Numbered from the stretch's first letter, positions 46,351 through 59,330 are shown. The stretch is DNA of 64,000 bases from Oikopleura dioica (GCA_907165135.1 OU015570.1:2005929-2069928); one strand, 5' to 3'. Numbers and translations are program-made. The notes: generated from the sequence alone by a model not told the origin.

Positions 46351-48455
46351 TTAATGACGTGGATTTTTCACCTTGAAAGATCCCTTATTTGCTTTGTATC
46401 CTCGTTCAGGATTCGATCCGTCTCTAGCGATCGTTTCCTTTGCACGCCTGAGGATTCCTCTGCAAGCGTTATTGATCGCGTCTTGGGAGATGTTCGCCCA
46501 TACACGAGTTAAAATCTCTCTCGCTTCCTCGAATGAATCGAAGTATAGCTTGTTCATTCGACCCAGCTCCTTCTTTGTATCCATTTTGAACTTGTGCCAA
46601 ATGCAAAAGTCCAAAGGATTGAGGTCAGGAGAGTGCGCTGGCCATTCAGCCAAGCGCTCTCTGCGAAACCTTTCACCCTCCCCTGTTTTCGCCAGAACAC
46701 CAGTGATGACATTGTGGATGCCAAAAGTTTCGTCAATGAGCTTGAGCGATGAGGTTGCTGTGTGGCATGTCGCACCATCTTGAGCGAAAATCTTTCAGTC
46801 AAGAACGTGCTTAACGCCCTCACCATTTTCAACCTCCTTAACGAAGCCCATTTCTTTGAGCTCTTCAATCCATGGAACAAAGACAAGCTCCTGATAGCTC
46901 TTCTGGGTTCCAGATACAGAGGAAAGCTTTCCCCTGTTGTCCTCTCTGACGAAAAATCGAAGCGACAACTTCAAATCGATTCCGATTGCAGCTGCAAACA
47001 TTATTCTTTTCGGAAATTTTTTGCTGAAATTAGGACCGAGTGTTTCGTCGCGAAATTGTAACGAACACTCATCTGTATGGATGAGCATTCCGAGGAAATT
47101 TGGATGCTCGTCATTCGTTTCCTCCAGCCACTTACAGAATCGCAATCTCGTATCCTTTACTTCAGCAGGAAGCGCTGGTTTCGGCTTTTCCTTATTTCTG
47201 AACTCGTATCCCATTTTATGGAAAAGAGTCTTCACCCTTTGATACTCCGCATATGACCCCATTCCGACATTGGCGCACGCCTCTTTAAGACAATGAGACT
47301 TAGCGAAGTGACTATCACCGTCTCTATGGATCTGGGCTAAAAAGTTTGGACAGTCTGCTTTTCTTCGTCTGTCAAATCGCGTTCAACGATCTCACGTGGT
47401 TGAAAATACTTTGAGATGAATATTTCCTTCTCAAAATACTTGATCTGACCGTTGACGCCAACTTTGAGGACACGATGATCAGCTCGAACTGCCTGATCCA
47501 ATCGCTCGGGCTTGTCAAGAAGCAGCGAAAGAAATGCGAAATTCATTTCTTTGACGAATCGCTTTGGTCCAAGCTCGAAGTATTTGCAAGAATTCGAGCA
47601 AAAGGCTTGCAAAACAAGTCTTCCGAGAGCGTGCTTTGCCAATTTTTTCCATGTTCTTGGAGGTCCGATCACCGGAAGAACGGCAAAATCCTCATCTGGA
47701 AGTTATTTTGCGGCTTTTCGAACAGATTTCCCAACGAAAATGACCTTGTCATCAATAGCTCTCAAAACGGCATTACGTCGCTCGACACATTCAGCATCAA
47801 AGACTGCCTGAATCGGGCGTTCAACCATTGGGAGTTCATCAAGCTCGTCTTCGGAGACGTATAAGATGTTCAGATCATCTTCGTTCGGAATGTCGACGAA
47901 CTCAATCTCGGGTTCATGATCAAAATTCTGTTGAAGATACTCGACCCCAGGTGACAATTTGTCTGACTCATGCTCAAAAATCATCTCCTCGCCCGACTGC
48001 GCGTTCGAGTTCTGAGAAGATAATGCCAGAGAATCGATATCTGGTGTCTCTTCTATGCGGTAGCTTGTGAACTTTTCACTGCGAGTTGGAGGAGGGACAA
48101 GAGCTTCATCAGAAATTACGAATGCTGATTTCGAGGCTTTCGAGATGTTTATTTTGACAGCTGGGTTCGAATTTTTGATCAAGAGCTTGCTTTGCCATTC
48201 TCCTGCTTTTCTTGGTGCCTGAACTTTCGAGGCAATGATCGGATCAAGATGAACGACCTTTCCGTCATGAGAACGTTTTGAGGGAAGGATCGGTTTCATG
48301 TTATTGATGCCAGACTTTTTAATAATTCTGCTGAAGCATCTATCAGAGGCTTTATGAGCGGAGGGAACATGTATTTCGAGCTTTACATATGCGTTATCAT
48401 CATCGTAAAGCTCCAGTAAATCTTGAAGTTTTTTGAGAACTTCTTTTCGCCGGTA
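46351..48455 (-). pseudogene. Tc1/mariner-superfamily transposase, DD55D, with long N-terminal extension
   Basis: HTDEC, FAQDGATCH, WPAHSPDLNPLDFCIW; lesions: TAA at 47703, 1-nt shift near 47340, TGA at 46795; 5' end truncated at ~48455. Confidence 0.88.
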
Positions 48456-48456
48456 A

Positions 48457-48625
48457 CGACCCTAACCCTAACCCAAACCCATATTGCACCTAACCCATAT
48501 TGCACCTAACCCATATTGCGCCAAACCCATATTGCGCCAAACCCATATTGCACCAAACTCTTATTGCACCAAACCCATATTGCACCGAACCCAAAATGCG
48601 CCAAACCCATATTGCACCGAACCAA
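48457..48625 (+). repeat. CCCTAA-seeded 16-bp tandem repeat (CCCATATTGCACC(T/A)AA)
   Basis: About 8-9 visible units. Confidence 0.85.
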
Positions 48626-48645
48626 AATTTCAACCGAGCCCAATT

Positions 48646-49020
48646 TCAAAAATTCAAAAATTAAGGAATGGGGCTGAAACGGCCCGAAGGGCCGTCAAGC
48701 CCTTTAAATTCAAAAATCAAGGCATGGGGCTGAAACGGCCCGAAGGGCCGTCAAGCCCTTAAAATTCAAAAATCAAGGCATGGGGCTGAAACGGCCCGAA
48801 GGGCCGTCAAGCCCCTGAAATTCAAAATCAAGGCATGGGCTGAAACGGGCCGAAGGGCCGTCAAGCCCTTTAAATTCAAAAATCAAGGCATGAGGGTGAA
48901 ACGACCCGAAGGGCCGTCAAGCCCTTACATTCAAAAATCAAGGCATGGGGCTGAAACGACCCGAAGGGCCCTCAAGCCCTTTAAATTCAAAAATCAAGGC
49001 ATGGGGCTCCTTAAATTCAA
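48646..49020 (+). repeat. ~56-bp tandem array (6 units plus a partial) each carrying an ACGGCCC-GAA-GGGCCGT hairpin
   Basis: TTCAAAAATCAAGGCATGGGGCTGAAACGGCCCGAAGGGCCGTCAAGCCC repeated. Confidence 0.9.
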
Positions 49021-50093
49021 AATTTTTAATGGATACGGGGGCTGATCAAGGAAGAAAATTTTCGCTCAGACTTGCTCAGAGCATTTGAGCACGCATTTCA
49101 GAGACTCGTGAGCATGAGCACGCGAATGCTCAGATTATATTGAGCTTGAGCACGGCTGAGCACGAATTTCCGCCTCTGGGCGACAGCAATTATAAGTTTG
49201 AGGATGAAAAGATGATCCTGTGTTCTTAAAGAAGCTAAAGGGTTAACTTTGGCGGGTCTCTCAAATTGAGATGAACTCGTTTTTTCTGTGCCATGGGTTG
49301 AAAATTCAAGAGTACATAAACTACCGCTGGCTCGAGGTAAGGGATTGAAATCGATTAGGATCAACTTCAATTTGGAACTTCCAAAGTATCTGAAACTGTG
49401 TCCGAACTAGAGTTGTTTAATGAACTTTTTGGGCGGGCGGATTTTAGTACAAACATAGAACGTTGGTTTCCCAAATCACCATCATCCTTTTGTATATTTC
49501 GAAAAGCCCCTCACGCACTAGATTAGACCCTTAGCTACATTTTCAGGCCTTCGGAGACAATCTACGATGTTCATACTCTGAGATTAAGGCCTCCACATCT
49601 TTGTGCAATTTAAAACAAACACTGTCATTGCAATCTCTCTTGAATCTCTTATGTAAATTGTTTTTTACTTTATATAAATCTTACTTCAATAAAATCATAA
49701 ATATTTTATCCTTTCCTTCTCGACTCAAAAAGGATGAGTGAAGAAGGAAGGATCGGATCGGATGGTAGGAGAAGAAAATCTAGAAAGGAAAGGGATTATC
49801 TGGCTATTTATTGGAAGACCGGCGATTACATCGGCTGACGTAACAATTAGAGGCTTCAAATAATGTTTTTAGCCTTAAAAAGGCTCATTTCTATTTAGTT
49901 TCATCGTCGTTGTCTCCAAGAGAGAGAGAAAAGCGGAGGACTTCTTGGACAGCGGGGAGAATCAAGCGCGCGGCGCGGTGCGGGGAATAATGGCCGCTGA
50001 TTGGCTCAGCGCTGAACTAGGCGCGCCCAGAATGAGCTACTGAAAAACCCATGCATTTTTTAGTAGCTCAGATTCTCGATCTCCCTTTAGAGC

Positions 50094-50942
50094 TCAACTC
50101 CATGGTAGAATCCATGCAGAAACAGGAAGGCTTGCATCGAATTTCAGGCTTTTCACTTTGACATTTGGGGTTCTTCTTGTAGGAGACTTTTGGGTATTCT
50201 TCGGAAGAATTTTTCTTGGTTCGGCTGCTGATCTGGTTTTTGTAGCTTCTGGTTCGCGGAAAGCACCGAGAAGGAGTCTTATTTCTTCTGGACTTATTTT
50301 TCCTGTGTCGACAAGTTCCTGGATGTTTGTGATTTCAGCAGAAAGATTATCGACAGTTTGAGACGTTTGTGGTACTGCTTCTTCTTTCACTGCAGTTGAC
50401 TGAGCGTGATTATCCTGAGCATTTTGTTCCCGAAAAGCTGTCAATAGAACTTCCAGCTCGGTCATGGAAATTTTTCCATCATCAACAAGCTTCGAGACTT
50501 CAGAAATTGTTTGATTTTTGGAGTCTTCTGGTGTCTCTTGATTTTCAAGATTTTCTTCCTTTTTGATAATTCTGACAGTAGCTGGTCTTTCTCTTTCAAC
50601 GGAGAAGATCATTCCATCGCGCTCAGACTCGAGAAAGTTTTTGGCTTCTTCTGAGTTAGCATTTTGCTGGGTTTCATTCATTGAAAGAAAGTCTACTGTA
50701 GGATTCTCGAAAATGAAGATCGCTTTTTCAGTACCGAGTCGACGTAACGGATTCCTGTCTGTTTGTTTAACAAGAGTTGGATCCTTTTTGACAAGCTCGC
50801 TGAGCTCAGTTTTTAGGTTAGTGTCGATCATTTCAGCATCTAGAGCGAGGGGAACCCATTTTTCTTCAATGAGTTTTTGAGCCTTTTTTTTATCTATGAT
50901 TTTCATCGTGGAGAAGGATGTTGATTGGTGTGAAGACGGCAA
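50094..50942 (-). pseudogene. Truncated gag N-terminus of LTR element I
   Basis: ORF begins ~60 nt after PBS TGGTGACTG (51001-51009); ends in capsid-like LKFD..PVSAW. Confidence 0.7.
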
Positions 50943-51012
50943 TTCTCTAGGTTTAATCTCTCGGTAGTACGCGTTTTTCGAGTGGGTTTGGTAAAGAACT
51001 CAGTCACCAATT

Positions 51013-51247
51013 TGTAGTGCTTTTGCAAAGAGACTACAAAAGAGGCTTGTGAGTGTAAAAAGTATATTTATTTGTGAATGTTGAGCGGTCTTAATTTCGC
51101 TGAAAGAAAGACAGTAAATATATTGTTAACAGAAAAACAGTGAAAGGGTTACTCGCGCAGTGATCGGTTCACTCGGGCAGTGATCAACACTTGAGTAGCA
51201 CTTGAGTTAGCATTGATGTTCAGTAGCTCTTATGTAAAGACACTACA
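51013..51247 (-). repeat. 5' LTR of element I (partner LTR not found)
   Basis: TGTAGTG..CACTACA 7-bp terminal inverted repeat; PBS 3 nt inside. Confidence 0.8.
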
Positions 51248-51920
51248 TATTGAGCAAATTCAGAAACATCCTGACTTGTCAAATCTTGGGATTGCCAAAG
51301 GGTTTTTTCGATTAGGATTCTTGTCATAAACAAGAATAAGTTCCTTGTCAGTGAGGTCAACAACCGTTTTATAGTAGAGCTCGTCTCCCATGATAGCGAG
51401 AAAATAAGCTTACCGGGCAACCTTAACCTTTGTGAGTCTGGTCCTTGAAACCAAGTTTTTGGAACGTCGAGCGGCACTTGATCTCTGTCTCTAACTGGAT
51501 TTTTGAGCGTTCCGTTTTCTTCAGTCACCAAAATATGTACGTGTTTCTCACAGTACATATGTTGGATAACTTGTTGCGTTTATCGTATTCGCGAGCGGGA
51601 ATACAAATAGTGAGCGACGAACGTTGTGTTAAAAAGAGCAAGTTTTTTTGTGGTGTCTCTGAGTAAAAGTAGTATGGTGTGTGATGTGTGTCAGTGAGAA
51701 ATAGTGATCGTTTATATATGGTTTTCATATGTTGTGACGAGCGTTCGAATCGTGATGGGTAATTTTAGAGAAGTAATGAGTTGCTGCTACTCCGTTGTGA
51801 ACTGAGCTTTGCGGATCGCGGCTGAACGTTCGCGCGTGGTGAAATGCACTGCGCGGGCCGTGAAAAGCGTTTCGCTGCTGGTGAACTGCGCGCGGCGCGG
51901 CGAAATCAAGTGCGGGTGAC

Positions 51921-52485
51921 ATGTTAGAAACACTACACGATGACTCATCTGAAAAACGCGCTAAGGTACAGGTAATTCACTCGCAGAAGTCACAAAATGC
52001 GGATGTGTATGATGAAGAAGATAACACGGAAGAAGTTCAAAAAGAACAGCCGCCAATGACTGAGTTAGAAAAAGAGATTCACATGTATCGCAATTTGAAA
52101 TATATGAAATGGAGAAATTCTCAGCCTTTTCCCGAGCACAACGCTGAATCGAGCTACTTTAGAAGTTTTTGGGAGAGCCACAAATTTTCCATGCCCATTT
52201 TATCAAAAATTGCGCTAAAGGTAAGAGAGTCAGCCTTTTAAGAATCAATTAACTTCTATTTTTATGAAGATTGCCAGATTATCCTCATCATCGAATGAAG
52301 CGGAGCGAGAGTTTAGCTGTCTTTCATATCAGATAGGCCCGAGTTTCGTGAATCAAAGAGCAGTTCATATTGAAAAAACAACAGACTGCAGAGTACAATC
52401 GATTCAAAAAAGCGCTGAAAAAGTAATTCTCGAGAAAGGCTCAATCATCTCTACTTCATCAAAAACCAAGATTTATCTTGTCTGA
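51921..52485 (+). pseudogene. hAT transposase C-terminal dimerisation-domain fragment with one intron
   Basis: FWESHKFSMPILSKIALK joined by a 49-nt GT-AG intron (52221-52269) to IARLSSSSNEAEREFS. Confidence 0.8.
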
Positions 52486-52709
52486 GTAGGTCAAACTAAC
52501 GAAATGGTTCGTGTTTACAGTAAATAACTATTACTTATAGTCTCAGCGGGCGCTCGAGTAAAGGTGTTACTTAATCCGGTGTCAGGTGCAATCGTGATAA
52601 AACTACCATATTTTCACAAGTCAGTGACAAGGCATAGACTAACTTACATTCAAATTTTCAAAGTGATCGAATAACTCGTTTGGTAATAACGGCGCATCAA
52701 AGTCTTTAA

Positions 52710-53444
52710 GGGTAATGGTATACATCGGCGCGGCGCCGCTCGCTCGATCCACGCTCCGCAAGAACCTATTTCTCACGAGGCCGTAAAATCTGAACGGATC
52801 GAGATTTTCGAGATTTAAACAGATTCAGAATCCTCAAAGTCTCTTCTACAAACTGATCGAAAATTAAAACAATTGTCAAAGAGGAACAATGTGAAAAGTG
52901 CCAGTTTCCTTCAAATGACATTTTCTCCTGAATTTCTCATCCAAATTTTTGAAAATTAGACTGTCTTGTAGAGAATCGTCAGCTCTACAATTCCTGTTTT
53001 TCAGATTTCTGTTTTAAGCTTTCATTAATTTTACATCGCAATTTGTAAAGAGCGCTACTTCTTCTCGCGCCTCTCCGCTGCATATTTCTCGCGCCGCGCT
53101 TGGTTTGAAGCTAGAAGGCATAATTTTTGAAAGCCTAAATGAAAATTCTGAAAAACAGGAATTGTAGAGCTGACGATTCTCTACAAGACAGTCTAATTTT
53201 CAAAAAATTTGGATGAGAAATTCAGGAGAAAATGTCATTTGAAGGAAACTGGCACTTTTCACATTGTTCCTCTTTGACAATTGTTTTAATTTTCGATCAG
53301 TTTGTAGAAGAGACTTTGAGGATTCTGAATCTGTTTAAATCTCGAAAAATCTCGATCCGTTCAGATTTTACGGCCTCGTGAGAAATAGGTTCTTGCGGAG
53401 CGTGGATCGAGCGAGCGGCGCCGCCCCGATGTATACCATTACCC
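52710..53444. mobile_element. Near-palindromic foldback MITE, TTAA TSD (Kolobok-like)
   Basis: TTAA|GGGTAATGGTATACATCGG..CCGATGTATACCATTACCC|TTAA; arms inverted over ~300 bp. Confidence 0.9.
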
Positions 53445-56400
53445 TTAATGACTTTAGAAGGGGGCGGGCGGCCGCGGTACAAAAGTGGAATTTGTACCGT
53501 GGGTACAAATTTTGTACCGCCGGTGCAAGAAATCGTAATTTTTTGAGAATAAAAACCGATTTCGAAAACGAACCACTCTGTGAAATTTCGAATGAAAACT
53601 CAAAAGTGGTGGCCTTTTGCGCCAGATTTCTCTTTCGTTCTCTGGTGAAAAATCGGAACGGATTTTTCGATTTACAATTGTTTATTACTATAGAAGAGGG
53701 TTCAAGCTTTCTAGCAATATGTTCATGAGCTTTTTACCCGACGAAAACGTCAATTAGAGCCAAAAGTCCTGAGCGCTGTTTTTCACACTCTGAATTTGGC
53801 GCGCCGCGCGGGGCTTGATAATGCATTGTGGTCCAATAATTGGACCCCGTGTTTTGAGCGTTTAGTCGCGCGCCAGTGTATTGAGAAGTTAAGAATGGAA
53901 GGTGAAAACAGGCAATATCGGAGGTTTTTTCGACCCAAATTTTTTAGCGAGGAGCCTAACAATAACTCTATCTACCTTTGTCGAATTCGATGGTCTAAGA
54001 AGGGGGTTACATATATTGTGGCTGTTTCGCAAAATGCGTGAATTTTGGCTCTGCATGAATTGTGGCTGTGCGTGAATTGTGCCTCCCAAGTTTAGTCAGA
54101 GAATTGTGATAAGATTCAAATATCGTTTTCAGTAGAATGACGAATGCCAATTTGATGAACTGGGTGAAAGTATCTTTTGAGCCAAATGATTAAAATTGAA
54201 TTTTTATGTTCTATTTTTTCATAGAAATAAATCAAGTCTAATTAACTAAAACAATAAATTCAGATTACAATTAATATAAAAATAATAAAGAGAGTCGTTT
54301 TCTTCGATTAAAGCAAGATCTTTTGAGCTCACCGAAGAGAGATCAGATTTTTGCATCGAAAAAGTTTAGTAACGTTATTTAATTTTAGATAATCTTTTAA
54401 TTGTCGAAATTTTCATGTTGAAACTTATTTAGAATTGGCAGCCCCTATTTAATGTTATTCATCTCAAAATATTATCTCAATGACATCATAAAATTCTTAC
54501 AAATTAGGACAGCCCAAGTTTACGCAAGAGCCCAAATTCATGCAGGGCCACAACTTACGCCTTTCGCAAAACAGCCACATATTATGTGTCCCCCTAAGAA
54601 GGCTAGACCTTTTATCACTGTTGAATATGCAGTCAAGTAGAATGTGCGCGCTCCGCGCCTGTCTTATAGAGAATTCCATGAATTACAGATCCAATAATTT
54701 GAACAAATTATGTTTTTTCCTTCGCGCCTTCATTTACTTCAGTAAAGATGTACTTTTCCTTAACAGTTTAGCTTTAAATATTTTCTGGGAAGGAGTTATT
54801 GAAATAATCTCCAAAAGGTTCGAAGACAAAAAGGCTCTTTTAACGGTCTGAACAACGATCAGTTCAAATCATGTCTCATTGGCTGACCGAACCTACCGCG
54901 GCATTTCTGACTGACTGATTTTTGAAAGATGCACATTGTCGTAACATTTCTCCATGCAGCATGGACCATGCTGTAGACATAGGTGATTTGTAACGCTATT
55001 GCGTAGGCGTAACTGGTTTGACGGGATTCTAACAGAGATGACACCAGATTTAGATTTTAATTAGCTGATTAGCTGTTTTGCTAGAAAATCAGAATCAGTC
55101 AGTCGGGAATGCCAATCTCGGTATATTTCTTACATATCTGACGCTGGTTCCAAAGCTTTTTTAGATCTTCAATATCTCATCTACGAATGTTTCGGGAAAT
55201 CTCGAAATATTCGGGTTCCCGAAAGGTTGCACGTTTCAACCATTTTTGTATTGTCTATTTTTTCAGATTCGACTGAAAAAAACCATCCGAAAGTTTATTT
55301 TCATTTGATCAAGGAAAATCATTTTAAAGAGACAAAGGAAATGATTAAATTTTCAAAGAATCGGAAGTCTGATAAGAATCGAAATGACTATATCAAAAAA
55401 TTTGAATCGGTGGAGGTTTTATATAAGGCGGATTCTTATTAAATGCAAATGAAATATGATTCATATTATATGAAGTCTTGATTGAACAGATATTGCCACA
55501 TTTGGCAATTTATTGCCGGACGACCTCCCAAAGGACTCTCTTACTGGAAAACCAACCAGACTGCTTGAAAACAAAAATAAAGAAAAAATCAATAAAGAGC
55601 CTTGAATATTCACAAGTTCCAACATTCGGCCAGTTTAAGTCATTTAATTCCGGAGGACCTCCTGGAGGAACCCTCGTGGTGAGGAGCCAAGCCGACCCGA
55701 AGGGGAGGTCAGCCCCGCTAATTAAATTCAGTTTCGGTCCCGCAACTGACTGAATTCTAGCGACGGGGCTTTATTAAATCTAAAATTTAAATAGCCATGT
55801 CATTTTATTGCGACTGAGGTTTAACCCAAAAAAACAAATTTAAAGCTTATTGCATCATTGGTTAGCGAAGAGGGCGGCATTTTGTCAATGGCAATATGAC
55901 ACCTCTTTATTGTCTTTGGGCTATTGTTTGACTGGCGAATTTTAAAGGGCGCTGATCAATATTCGGCAACCTTAAAACCACATTATTTTTTTACTTTGTT
56001 TCCTTCTTTTCGATGTTTCTTGCAACAATGAACGTTTACCTCTGACCTTTCGAAGGTTCATTACAGTAATGCTTAACGATCAAAGTGAATTTGCTTCCCA
56101 ATTTCTGAAAAATATCAATCGGAAACCAGTCTTCAAAAATGTCCTGCCGTAGAGCCTTAAAATTTTTCTTCGATAAATTTTTCTTCAAAAATGGAAAATT
56201 CTATCATTAAAACGACTTTTTCTGCCTTTTTACCATTTTTAGTCAATAACACGGTCAAGGCCATTAATCTTTTATAAAAGAAATCCTTATTTTTGAAAAA
56301 TACACCCAGTTAATTCCTCATAAATTCTCTTAGCTGGACAAATGTCCACAAAAGTGGAACATTATTCTTGCAAAAACGTCCCACGAAAACCCCTTAAAAT

Positions 56401-56941
56401 CAAGAAAATGTCCACAAAAATGGGATCCACAAAAGAGGAAAAAAACTGTATTTGAACTCTTTCAGGATCCTAAATTTTTGTGTTTATAGGGCTTGGCTTA
56501 ACAGCACTAGAATCGAGTTCAAACTTTGAAAAAAATCGTTACTCATAACAATTCATGAAAAAAGATGCATGCAGTACGGTTTTCAAAATCCCTCAAATTT
56601 ACTTTGTAGAAGAGTTTTTAAGAGAATAAGGCTCTGCCAAGATTTTGCCCGTATTTTCATCGCCGGGTCTCCTTTTGCTGAGCCGGATGAACTTTAAGCT
56701 GCACTTCTTGCTTTTGACGGCAGCAGTAGCAAATCATACGCGCAAATTTCTGAGCGATTGCTTAGAATTTCTAAGGATTGCGAGAAGGAATATAACAAAG
56801 AGCCATTTAATCATGGCGAATTGGCCCATCAGGGATTGCTGGTGGTTCAACACCAGCCGTTCCAAAATATCTTTAGGTCCGAACCTCATCTTGAAATAAT
56901 TTTGTTTTCGAGGGACGGAACGGTTTTGCTAATCTACTTAA

Positions 56942-58247
56942 GGGTAATGGTATACATCGGCGCGGCGCCGCTCGCTCGATCCACGCTCCGCAAGAACCTA
57001 TTTCTCACGAGGCCGTAAAATCTGAACGGATCGAGATTTTTCGAAATTTTAACAGATTCGGAATCCTCAAAGTCTCTTCTACAAACTGATCGAAAATTAA
57101 AACAATTGTCAAAGAGAAACAATGTGAAAAGTGCCAGTTTCCCTCAAATGACATTTTCCCTGAATTTCTCATCCAAATTTTTTGAAAATTAGAGTGTCTT
57201 GTAGAGAATCGTCAGCTCTTTAATTCCTATTTTTCAGAATTTTCATTTAGGCTTCCAAAAATAATGCCTTCTAGCTTCAAACCAAGCGCGGCGCGAGAAA
57301 TATGCAGCGGAGAGGCGCGAGAAGAAGAAGCGCTCTTTACCGAACAACCTGAGTTAGGCAACCACGGCAACAACGGCAACAAAGGCAACAACGGCAACAG
57401 GGCCGAATAAAAATAATCCATATTTTCGCATAACCTGAGTTAGGCAAGAACGGCAGCATTCTAGAAGCAAACTTGTTTTTAAAACCCCCAAGATGTTTTA
57501 ACCACTCCTTGAGTTTCCTTAAATCAGGCGCGAAGCGCATACTCGCTCTTTGATTTCTTCTTCTTCTACAAGGGGGTCTTTCAATAACGACCGGGCTGAT
57601 TTGGATGATTGACCAATCAGAGCAGAGAATATTGCGTCATGATTGGAATCGTCTCGGTCGTTGTTGAATGACCCCTGTAGATAATTGATTCTGTTTGCTC
57701 AAACAGTGAATTTATAATGAGTTCAAGATGGCTAATTACAATTCGCAAATTGGTCAATTTATGAAGTTAATCAATGACAATGAGCAAAAAACCGTGGAAA
57801 AGAAATTTGATTATTTAACAGAAAGTACTTTTCTTTTAAAATATTGTCGTTACACAGATATTGAGCCTCATAATGAGTTCCATACTTTTGCGAAATTCAT
57901 AACATACGTTAAGTCTGAGGATCAAAAAGGTAAAAAATAACATCTAAAGCTGCGCTCTAGAGAAAATATGCAAAAAAAGAACAAGAAAAACATCGCCCGA
58001 AATTCATCAGAACCTGAGAATGGCAACATGTTGCCGTTGTTGCCTTTGTTGCCATTGTTGCCATTGTTGCCGTTGTTGCCATTCTCAGGTCGAACCCTCT
58101 TTACAAATTGCGATGTAAAATTAATGAAAGCGTCAAACAGAAATCTGAAAAACAGGAATTGAAGAGCTGACGATTCTCTACAAGACGGTTTTATTTTCAA
58201 AAAATTTGGATGAGAAATTCAGGAGAAAATGTCATTTGAAGGAAACT
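56942..58247. mobile_element. Longer member of the same TTAA family; right arm cut by the MULE
   Basis: Left arm matches 52710ff; inverted GGCAACAAC arrays at ~57360 and ~58025; right arm resumes briefly at 60701-60714. Confidence 0.75.
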
Positions 58248-58484
58248 GGAAGGTTGCAATTAGAATGGGTCTGAGACCCATTATTCTATAATATGCCTAA
58301 AATGGGTCCAGGACCCATTATTCGTATAATAAGCGTAAAATGGGTCTAAGACCCATTCTAGCTATAATTTTCGTAAAATGGGTCTGAGACCCATTCTAGC
58401 TATAATATTCGTAAAATGGGTCTATTCTTTGAAATTTTCAGTTTTATTCGGATATAAAAATAAATGAAAGAAAAAAGATAAATA

Positions 58485-59330
58485 TCAGAAAAAATTAATC
58501 ATATTTTCGGACAACCTTTCCAAGGCAATCAAAAACACTTTTGAAACAGGGCTCTTTTGCTGAGCGAAATTTAAATTTCGCGAGAATTGCATGTGTAGCC
58601 CGGGAAGTTCGCAGTGTCTGCTTTGATTTGTTACGAGCGGCTTTCTTACGGTCCATATTGATAAGAAAGGAGAGAGATTGATCGAAAAACATCTTTTGAT
58701 CAGCATGATCTTAGTGGAAACGTTAACATTTCCTGCTTTCTTAAGCATAGATCGGTACTCTCTGTTATTTCGTTCGATCGAATTCGTCGTCCGATCAATG
58801 AAATCACCTCCTGAGCTACGCAATTCCTCAAACCAGCTGAGATACGCTGAATCGGCCTCAAACCGACCGATTGCAGTTTCAAAAATTGAATCAATATCAA
58901 TTTTTAATTTTAAATTCAGAGCATCCGTTTCTTTCATTTTCTCTTGATCAAGAGAATCATAGGCGACAAAAGTTGCAGATCTTGCTTCTTCGCGCATCCA
59001 TTTTAAAAACAAAACACTAAGATCGCTTGGCAAAAGAGGACACATTGAAATAGCTGAATAAAATTCACAAAACAATGGACTCTCTTCCAGAAATTTTTTG
59101 TGACTGGAAAACCATCTCCGCGTATTTTGCCTGTAGTGAAAGAAACATGATAAAGTTGAATTAACTGCAAAAATATCTGAGGCCGATCCCCGGAGGGCCA
59201 ACTCACGGTCAGTTAAAAGCAATCGAGCCCCAAGATCCTTGCCGGTTGCCTCACGAAAGAACTCATTGCAGTTTTCAAAAATCTCAGAATATGACTCAGT
59301 AGTCTTCTTTGAATCAGGTTCTAAAGAGAA
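58485..59330 (-). pseudogene. MULE transposase catalytic region (upstream exons to ~60300 split by a MITE)
   Basis: KKTTESYSEIF..LLTDRELAL..CFFHYRQN..DRTTNSIERNN. Confidence 0.85.

Noticed and set aside
48457-48480. True or interstitial telomere
   Set aside because: Only about two perfect CCCTAA units.
48646-49020. CRISPR-like array
   Set aside because: Whole units repeat with no unique spacers, there are no cas genes, and the context is eukaryotic.
53796-56935. Protein-like fragments at 53796-54041 and 56758-56935
   Set aside because: No motif recognised and embedded in repeats; not supportable without a search.
57227-58162. LPLLPLL-repeat ORFs as proteins
   Set aside because: They are translations of the 9-bp GGCAACAAC subterminal repeats.
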